The notes under the pieces were generated by a model that was given only the letters and a program-made list of their open reading frames with translations, did no database searches and had not been told where the DNA came from. From a virus, in IMG/VR virus record IMGVR_UViG_3300009103_001934, positions 114,488 to 178,487 of that record: DNA of 64,000 nt. The stretch is one strand, 5' to 3'. Both the position numbers and the translations under genes were made by a program. Shown here piece after piece: positions 56,608 through 64,000 of the stretch (its first letter is position 1; each line of letters starts with the position of its first letter).

Positions 56608-59600
56608 ATGAGATCTACAGTACAGCCGTTTAGGAGAAACTCTGCTTTGTACAGGGTATATGATGATCTTATTTTATATCTCAAAAGCGAATTAAACTGG
56701 CAAGATCTAAGTTATTATTATCAAGAGGTTATTGAGCCTTCTGGTTTAAATCAAAATATTCTTCCAGATAATCATTTTGTGCCCTTACCGGGGTTTGATA
56801 TAAATCACAAAACTCATTCTTTAATTTCTCTCCATAAAACTAATGTGGCATCGGTTTTCTTTTCTGGGGAAGCGCTTCATGAAAACGGTGATATGATGAG
56901 TGGTCAATCTATTCCCGTAAGTGGAACAGGAGTATATACTACTGGCCCCGAGTTAGATTCCGCTTCCGAGTTTGACTTAAAGAATGATTTCTGTATAGAA
57001 TTTTGGGCTCAATTCAGCGGGGTGCCAGATGCACCCGACCCTTCGTATTTGTTCGATTTTGGTAATATTAAATTTAGTTGTTTAAGTGGAATGCTTAGTA
57101 TAGAAGCTCCAGATTCTGCAGAAAAATATTTTGACTATTATGACCCGGGTTTTATACATGAGCCAGACCTTACTAAGCCGAGCTTAACTAATCGATTTAG
57201 TCATTATGCTATACAAAAAAGAGATGACTATATTCAACTTTTTATTGGCCCCCAAGAGAATGATGGATCGCCGGGACCGATGTTTAAAATCTTAGAAGAG
57301 CCACTTCGTGATAAAAGACTATTGTGGCCGGATAATAAATATCTTATTACGGGCAACTCTGCTCATCCATATTATAATATTAGAACTTTTGGTTCAACTA
57401 TAAGTGGTACAAACTTCTTTACGGGCTGGATGGATGAAATTAAGGTCTGGAAAACGTGGATTTATGATGGGCCAGTTGTCCCGGGTCCATATCCAGAAGT
57501 TAGCGGTATATATCTTGGCTTCGATGATCATCGAGTGGGACGATGTAAGGCTGGCACGGGCCCCGGCACAACGAAGCCCTGCGAAACATTTAATCAAGTA
57601 GACTTGATGAGGCAAAGATTAACCCGACCTCATCAGTATATGCCCTGCTCAACTATCGGTGGATTCCGGGACCAATTCGTTGGTAAAATAGAATTTTTTA
57701 TACAAGTCAAAGCTCCTATTGATCCTAGATATAGTATGCATCGACCACTTCCTTATATAGTCAGATGGTATCACCAAAAAGAATCTGTTGGTCCTCCGGG
57801 AGGTGGCATTAGCACTCAGTTGCCTAGGCCAAGAAAACTAGTTGCTTCTACCGAGTGGGGTATTGGTCGGCGAAGGCAATATGGACAGGGGCACTACACA
57901 TTTAATGAGGGAGGTTTATGTAATTTAATTATAGATCCGCTTACTTATAATGAAAGGGGTATTTATAGCTGCAAGGTTATTTTCGGCGATCCGAATAGGC
58001 CGGTTAATGTAATTGAATCGAAGGGGGTTTATAAAACCACACCCGGAGCGCCTAATCACTATGGAACCAAAGAGATAGCTTTTACATGCGGTTGTATTTC
58101 ATCACAGCAATTATATAATGGGCCGGGGGTATATACGCGGTCAGCCAATTTGTATCATCCGGCGACCACCTGTTATCCTCCCTTGGGTAATGTCGAAATA
58201 TTGTGGATTGATGTCGTACCTACGAAGCCGCCATGGATAACTACAACTGACTGTTTTAAAAAGTGGGCGATAGGAACAGACGCTACAGTGTGTGCTCACA
58301 TGAATAATTTAAAGGCAGACAACTATACTGGCCCGATTACTTGGACTTGGGGTACTGCTGGAAATATACACGCGGGACAAACTGATGCTAAATCTTGTCT
58401 CACGATTCCGAATTTAAGAAAAAATACTAGATTTAAAGTTACTGCTGTAGATGCTGATGGAAAAAAATGGGAAGCACAGTGCGGCGCATTTATTGATTAC
58501 CCCCCCTTGCAGTGCCCGACGATTATTGATTTATTACCCAACGACCACAAAACAAATGAATATACCGTTGATCCTGTTGGCGTAATAAGTCAGGTTAAAC
58601 AAACGAATCAAAGCTGCGAATGGAGAAGAGATATCGATGTTAAACCTGATCAAACCAGTATAGATATAAAACTTGAAATTATAGCTAATGACCCTAATAT
58701 TCCAGATTTACTCACTGGAGGATTAAGATATGAATGGTGGCAAGGAAATCAGTGGGTTAATGGTTTAAGCACTAAAAACGTTACCGTTTCTGAGAATACA
58801 AATGTATGGTACAAATGCAGAGTGGGATATAATAACTATCCCGGTAACGATCCGTCGGGAGTTAGGCAGGAAGCATGGGCGACTTGTTATTTTTATATAA
58901 ATTTTCCAGATTGTAAGGGTCCTTCTGTCGAGTGGGAAGGAATATCTAGCGGGCATCAAATAAGCATGAGTACTTCTTCTTCTAACTGGAAAAAGGCTAA
59001 CTCAGGCAAGGACGAAATAACCGTAAATGTATACGCTTGCTCTGAGGATACAGAAATATGTTTGTATGGGTTTTTTAATAGAAATAACGCAAGCTTTAAT
59101 CATTTACAATACGGTAATCCTAATTGCTCGAGATCATTCGGAGGAACCACTTTACAGGGAGGGGGATACACCTATGACGATGGGCAAGGAGTTGGTGGCG
59201 CTGGTATTAAATCAAGGCAAGGGGGACCTAATGCCTCCCAAAATCCGGCCACTTTCAAAATAGAAGAATATAATGCAGCGCATGATTGTTGGGGGCCTGA
59301 GGCAGACAAACTTATAATTACAAAAGATTTATATAGTCAAGACGATGGGTCGTGGGTAGAGTTAGATTTTATTAATGAGTGTGATATTATTACTAAAAAA
59401 GTAAATTTCAAAGTATTTCAAGAGCCCAAGCCAATTATTCAGGCTATATATCCTAGCAGGTGGTACTGGGGATCGAAACGGAAGTCAACAAGACTTTCTC
59501 TTTATCGTTTTTTACACGTATTTACGTATAACGCAAGTAATCTGCGAACGGGCGTGACTAAGCAGTATAGCGATTATTGGTCTCCCTCTTCAGAAAATAT

Positions 59601-60216
59601 GTCCTTTTTACTAAAGCCTACGACGAGTGGTTGTATGTTCTGGCGTATTAGTCTTAATGGGACTGTTTTATCTGGGTGGAATCATATGCCGGGTGGTTCA
59701 AAGTGCGGGCTTTTAAACTATCCCTGTTTAGTAATTTACAACGACCATGGAATAACCCTTGGGTTCTCTACGACATTCGGGAAGAGAAGCGCAACTTTAA
59801 CTATCGACGGAAAAAAAGCTTGGAACTCTATCGCTTCTAACGTATTTCAAAAGGGTGTTAATAATTTAAAATTAGAAGTATGCAATAATCCTTCGGACAA
59901 AAATAGTGTTCATGCTGGAGACTGTGCTTCGCATGATGTAGAAATTGTTATAGAAGATTCACCAATAATTATTAGCCCAATAAATAATAAGCTCTCTGGA
60001 GTGTTTAATAAACCGGCCCAAACTTGGTGGTGGCGTTGGTGGTGGCCTTGGTATAACCCTTTCTTTAATCCTAATGGTACTCCTCCGAGGATTTATGGAT
60101 TGTTAAAAGGTCAAAATGGCTGGTGGCGCTGGAATTATGCTAATACTAGGCCACCCGGGACAAATTCTATGAATGGCACAAGGATCTCTTTGAGGACTTA
60201 TGTCGCTATGAACTAA
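56608..60216 (+). CDS. 1202-aa multi-domain adhesin-like protein (LamG plus Ig-like/Cys-rich)
   Basis: DFCIEFWAQF, GWMDEIKVW; Ig-like VRWYHQ...GIYSCKV; Trp-rich tail. Confidence 0.75.
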   Translation: MRSTVQPFRRNSALYRVYDDLILYLKSELNWQDLSYYYQEVIEPSGLNQNILPDNHFVPLPGFDINHKTHSLISLHKTNVASVFFSGEALHENGDMMSGQSIPVSGTGVYTTGPELDSASEFDLKNDFCIEFWAQFSGVPDAPDPSYLFDFGNIKFSCLSGMLSIEAPDSAEKYFDYYDPGFIHEPDLTKPSLTNRFSHYAIQKRDDYIQLFIGPQENDGSPGPMFKILEEPLRDKRLLWPDNKYLITGNSAHPYYNIRTFGSTISGTNFFTGWMDEIKVWKTWIYDGPVVPGPYPEVSGIYLGFDDHRVGRCKAGTGPGTTKPCETFNQVDLMRQRLTRPHQYMPCSTIGGFRDQFVGKIEFFIQVKAPIDPRYSMHRPLPYIVRWYHQKESVGPPGGGISTQLPRPRKLVASTEWGIGRRRQYGQGHYTFNEGGLCNLIIDPLTYNERGIYSCKVIFGDPNRPVNVIESKGVYKTTPGAPNHYGTKEIAFTCGCISSQQLYNGPGVYTRSANLYHPATTCYPPLGNVEILWIDVVPTKPPWITTTDCFKKWAIGTDATVCAHMNNLKADNYTGPITWTWGTAGNIHAGQTDAKSCLTIPNLRKNTRFKVTAVDADGKKWEAQCGAFIDYPPLQCPTIIDLLPNDHKTNEYTVDPVGVISQVKQTNQSCEWRRDIDVKPDQTSIDIKLEIIANDPNIPDLLTGGLRYEWWQGNQWVNGLSTKNVTVSENTNVWYKCRVGYNNYPGNDPSGVRQEAWATCYFYINFPDCKGPSVEWEGISSGHQISMSTSSSNWKKANSGKDEITVNVYACSEDTEICLYGFFNRNNASFNHLQYGNPNCSRSFGGTTLQGGGYTYDDGQGVGGAGIKSRQGGPNASQNPATFKIEEYNAAHDCWGPEADKLIITKDLYSQDDGSWVELDFINECDIITKKVNFKVFQEPKPIIQAIYPSRWYWGSKRKSTRLSLYRFLHVFTYNASNLRTGVTKQYSDYWSPSSENMSFLLKPTTSGCMFWRISLNGTVLSGWNHMPGGSKCGLLNYPCLVIYNDHGITLGFSTTFGKRSATLTIDGKKAWNSIASNVFQKGVNNLKLEVCNNPSDKNSVHAGDCASHDVEIVIEDSPIIISPINNKLSGVFNKPAQTWWWRWWWPWYNPFFNPNGTPPRIYGLLKGQNGWWRWNYANTRPPGTNSMNGTRISLRTYVAMN

Positions 60217-60217
60217 A

Positions 60218-63200
60218 ATGAGTTGGAAGACTATATATAATTATACAGTTACAGGTAACGGCCCGTATTATTACGGCGCCGATTTACCCAACTCTAGTAA
60301 TTGGAGAATTAATCAGGCTGATGGGGAAATACAAATAAATGAAACTACTCCTGAGGGTAAGTATAAATTTGATATTTGGGTTCAAGACACTAAGGGCGGA
60401 TTTTCTATAGGGTCGCCGCATATGGCTAACGTAAATATCCCCGGAAGAAAAGACGAAAATATAGACGTAGAAGTTATAAGAAATGGAATCGATCCGTTTT
60501 GTAGTCTAGAAAAAATATATGTAGAGTTCACTGATGTTAAAATATATAAAGGAGATTGTACAGAAGGTAAAGTGGGCTGGAGATTGTATGATCAAAATTT
60601 TATTCATGTCAATAGAAACTTCGAGTTAGTAAAAAACGAAGCCCTTTCTGATCCCGCAAACGGTAAGTGCTATTTTGAATATACTGGTTGTAATTATCCG
60701 GTTTATTATGAGCGAAACCATTCCCTTAATAAAAATTGTGATTTTTGTGGGGCAGAATCTAAAGCGGGATATTTAAAAAGCGGTTTTCTATCCGCTTCAT
60801 TAGATAAAGTAGATGCAGATAATAATATTTTTAAGTTAAGGTTCGATGGAAAATATCCAAACGATAATTCTAAAAATAATTTTGCTAACATTTATCATAT
60901 AGATAGATTTTTAAGCGATCCATTTGATGCGCCCAATTTTATAGATGACGATGGTTTACGGGGATTTAAGAATTACCTCGTGGGTTTTGATCCTTTGGGG
61001 ACTTTTGATGGGTCTCAGATTTTAGGGTCGGGGGGTAGGTGTTACATAAGTTACGATTACTGTGACTGCGTAAATGTGGACTGTAACTTACGGACGCCTA
61101 CTCCCTACCCTACTTGTACAGTAAGTTATACGCCCTCTGCCACCGTGTCAGAAACACCGACACCTACAGTTACGTATACCCCCACTCTGACCGAAACAGC
61201 GACCGCGACGTTTACCGTTACGGAAACTGCGCCAAGTAGATTAAATGCGGTTTTGTTCGGCTTGAATCCTTGCGCACTAAATCGTAATGCTCCAAACCCG
61301 TGGGACCGCACTCCTTATACGGGATATTTTGCCCGCTTATTAAAAACAGGAAATGTCGGAGGAGACTGTAGAGCACTGATTGGCGCTGCTCCTTTGGACT
61401 CTAATAATTCTATAGAAAGTTATAAGTTTCCCGGCGCAGACGCGGAGTGCTTTGATTCAAATAATCCGGGACATAACCCGCACAAGTTTGATAATCCTAT
61501 TATTTCTTTTGATATAAATGGAACAGATCCTCAATACTTGGATCATCCTGACAATAACAGATTACTACGAAGAAGAGGCCAACAGGGGGTCGGTCTAATT
61601 CCTGCTCATGATGATTTTTGGAAAGCTTTAAATTATAATAGGGGCCATACAATATTTAATAACCTGACTAATTCCGCATCTTATACTACCTTTGGTGATT
61701 GTTTAAGTTGTATTGGTATAACTCCGAGCGCGACCGCCACGCCTACTGCGGATAGCAGTTGCTTTGCTTTGATTCATTTGACTGGTTGCGCAGGAAATAC
61801 TGCGTCCCAAGGTAATTTATTTTCTATGTTGTTGGACTCCAGTAATGCCTCAAGGTCTTGGAGTACTCTTTTTCAAGGGAAAACTTATAAATTTAGTCGA
61901 GACGGAATTGCTGACGACGGTTGTTTTCAGCAACCACCTTCATCACAGAGAATAGGAAATAAACCCCCGTTGGTCTGTCTCGTTAATGGCGCCCCGCAAT
62001 ATTATGATGGTCCTCCAAATAGAAGGGCTTTAAGGTCTCGGGGTAATTTGGGATTGGGTTTATTAGATCATGATCAGGACGCTTGGGATCAGCTAAATAA
62101 TTGTAGGGGTACAACTGTATATGGTAATTTTAATAGTATTGTAAGTCCTCAAGAATACAATAGTTGTACGCTTTGTTTTGGGCTTACTCATACCGCTACT
62201 GCTACTAAAACTCCAAGCGCCACGGCTACCTTTTCTTCTTCCGTTAGCGCTTCTGAAACGCCTACGGTTACAGAGTCTGCTACTCTTACCCATACGCATA
62301 CAGCAACAAGTACTTCTTCGGATACTCCTACGTTTACAGCATCACATACTCCTACTGTTTCCGCAACCGCTACCCTTACGGTTTCAGCGACCCATACGGA
62401 CTCAATTACGTCTACACCGACGCCCACTATAAGTTATAGCCCGACTGTTACGTCTACTTCTACCAGTACAGTAAGCGCAACCCCCAGTATATCGTCTACA
62501 CCAACGGTTTCATCTAGTCCTACTTTGACTCATACTGCAACCGTTACTCTTTCTGATACGGCAACTCACACTGTTTCGCATACGCCCACTTTAACATTTA
62601 CGCACCCCCTCAGTTCAACGGTAACTGGTACGGTATCGCATACCCCCACGGTTTCGCATACACCGACGTTAACTGGATCTCGTACAGCAACTTCGACCAG
62701 AACAGAAACAGCAACGGTTTCATTTACCCCTACTTTGACTCATACCACAACCGCTACCCTTTCTGATACGCCGACTCATTCAGCTACATTAAGTTATAGT
62801 CCTACGCATACTACAACGAGTACGGCATCTCACACACCGACTATAAGTCATACGCCAACGTATACCGCTTCTCATACGTCTAGCGTTTCTCATACGCCTA
62901 CTATAAGTCATACACGCACTCGGACTCACACTTCTACAGGAACGCATACTGCTACAGGTAGCGTTTCTCATACGCCCACTATGACTAGAACGGCAACTGC
63001 AACCAGTTCGCATACGTCTACATTAAGTCATACGCCTACGTTTACAGGTTCACATACATCTACCGTAAGTCACACGCCAACATATACGGGTTCATATACA
63101 GCAACGATGACTCGTACGGCTTCGGCTACTGTGTCAGCTACATCTACATTTACTGGGACAGCGACAAAAACATCTACGCGTACACTAACTCATACCGTAT

Positions 63201-64000
63201 CTCACACTCCAACTATAAGTCATACTCTTACTGGAACAGTTTCACACACGCCCACCTTGACGCATACTCCTACGGTTACTCGTTCTGCTACTGAAACTGT
63301 ATCAGATACGCCAACCGTTACAGCTTCCCATACAGTTACTGCAAGTCATACACCAACTTATACGGTATCTCACACGCCGACATTAACCGTTACCTTTACT
63401 CCTACGGTTTCTCATACGCCTACTTTAACACGTACCCCAACAGTTACTCGTTCTGGTACTGAAACTATATCGCATACGCCGACTTATACTATATCTGATA
63501 CGCCTACAATATCTCATACTCCGACCTATACCGTATCACATACGCCTACTCATACTGTATCAGATACACCTACGGTATCGCATACACCAACTGTGTCTCA
63601 TACTTTAACTGTAACTCGAACAGTTACAGCAACTGTATCTGGCACATTAACATCAACGGCGTCTTATACGCCTACGATTTCACATACACCGACCTATACG
63701 GTGTCTCATACGCCCACGTTAACTCATTCGGCGACGGCAACGGAAACTGCTACTGGAACAGTTTCTCATACCGACACAGAAACTGTTTCTCATACTCCGA
63801 CAGTAAGTCATACAGTAACTGGTACGATTTCTCACACTCCTACACGTACTGTTACATCTACGATTTCTCATACGCCTACGCTATCTGCTTCCGATACCCC
63901 AACGTTGTCCGCTTCGCATACACCGACTGTAACGTATACAGATCCGCATACTTTGACAGCAACGGGTACGGTTTCTCATACGAGGACTCGTACGCGTACT
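60218..64000 (+). CDS. Giant mucin-like Thr/Ser/Pro/His protein (over 1260 aa, 3'-truncated; absent from ORF track)
   Basis: ATG at 60218; same frame at both ends and no stop seen when read by hand; Cys-rich domains, then (V/I)SHTPT repeats from ~62180. Confidence 0.85.
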   Translation, partial: MSWKTIYNYTVTGNGPYYYGADLPNSSNWRINQADGEIQINETTPEGKYKFDIWVQDTKGGFSIGSPHMANVNIPGRKDENIDVEVIRNGIDPFCSLEKIYVEFTDVKIYKGDCTEGKVGWRLYDQNFIHVNRNFELVKNEALSDPANGKCYFEYTGCNYPVYYERNHSLNKNCDFCGAESKAGYLKSGFLSASLDKVDADNNIFKLRFDGKYPNDNSKNNFANIYHIDRFLSDPFDAPNFIDDDGLRGFKNYLVGFDPLGTFDGSQILGSGGRCYISYDYCDCVNVDCNLRTPTPYPTCTVSYTPSATVSETPTPTVTYTPTLTETATATFTVTETAPSRLNAVLFGLNPCALNRNAPNPWDRTPYTGYFARLLKTGNVGGDCRALIGAAPLDSNNSIESYKFPGADAECFDSNNPGHNPHKFDNPIISFDINGTDPQYLDHPDNNRLLRRRGQQGVGLIPAHDDFWKALNYNRGHTIFNNLTNSASYTTFGDCLSCIGITPSATATPTADSSCFALIHLTGCAGNTASQGNLFSMLLDSSNASRSWSTLFQGKTYKFSRDGIADDGCFQQPPSSQRIGNKPPLVCLVNGAPQYYDGPPNRRALRSRGNLGLGLLDHDQDAWDQLNNCRGTTVYGNFNSIVSPQEYNSCTLCFGLTHTATATKTPSATATFSSSVSASETPTVTESATLTHTHTATSTSSDTPTFTASHTPTVSATATLTVSATHTDSITSTPTPTISYSPTVTSTSTSTVSATPSISSTPTVSSSPTLTHTATVTLSDTATHTVSHTPTLTFTHPLSSTVTGTVSHTPTVSHTPTLTGSRTATSTRTETATVSFTPTLTHTTTATLSDTPTHSATLSYSPTHTTTSTASHTPTISHTPTYTASHTSSVSHTPTISHTRTRTHTSTGTHTATGSVSHTPTMTRTATATSSHTSTLSHTPTFTGSHTSTVSHTPTYTGSYTATMTRTASATVSATSTFTGTATKTSTRTLTHTVSHTPTISHTLTGTVSHTPTLTHTPTVTRSATETVSDTPTVTASHTVTASHTPTYTVSHTPTLTVTFTPTVSHTPTLTRTPTVTRSGTETISHTPTYTISDTPTISHTPTYTVSHTPTHTVSDTPTVSHTPTVSHTLTVTRTVTATVSGTLTSTASYTPTISHTPTYTVSHTPTLTHSATATETATGTVSHTDTETVSHTPTVSHTVTGTISHTPTRTVTSTISHTPTLSASDTPTLSASHTPTVTYTDPHTLTATGTVSHTRTRTRT

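Noticed and set aside
1-64000. Stop-codon reassignment, DGR/retron, anti-phage defence operon, transposase
   Set aside because: Genes are intact in code 11 with TAA, TAG and TGA all used as stops; no reverse transcriptase, TR/VR pair, transposase or recognisable defence gene seen

Overview
This is a 64-kb slice of a large, lytic-looking tailed dsDNA phage genome in standard code 11, almost entirely on the + strand. It has three blocks. (1) 1-16.2 kb: rIIA/rIIB, a solo RuvB-like ATPase, a small RNA and a ~410-nt structured RNA, then an array of short early genes. Most of these are leaderless behind sigma70-type promoters and are separated by repeated modules (TTGACA-GGGACCGGTCCC palindrome, TGAGAC-N3-GTCTCA, DnaA-box matches, GTRGGAC-N7-GTCCCAC promoters). 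(2) 16.2-25.8 kb: a glycan synthesis/modification cluster (GT2, RmlA, RmlB, NRS/ER-type epimerase-reductase, DUF616 GT, Asn-synthetase-like, methyltransferase, sulfotransferase) plus PhoH and ClpP. (3) 26-64 kb: sigma factor, ERCC4 nuclease, terminase, portal, lipoproteins, protease/scaffold, major capsid, a gene interrupted by a group I intron, tail fibres, three collagen-like paralogues, an antisense GT4, and a giant Thr/Ser/Pro/His mucin-like ORF running off the window. The strongest candidates for new biology are a ~73-nt sRNA complementary to the shared AUG-AUG-AAC-GA starts of early mRNAs, the palindrome-bounded early cassette array, a group I intron with a promoter inside L1, and a possible phage-made virion glycocalyx. 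All family calls come from recognising motifs by eye; no database searches were run, and the host is not determinable from the sequence.
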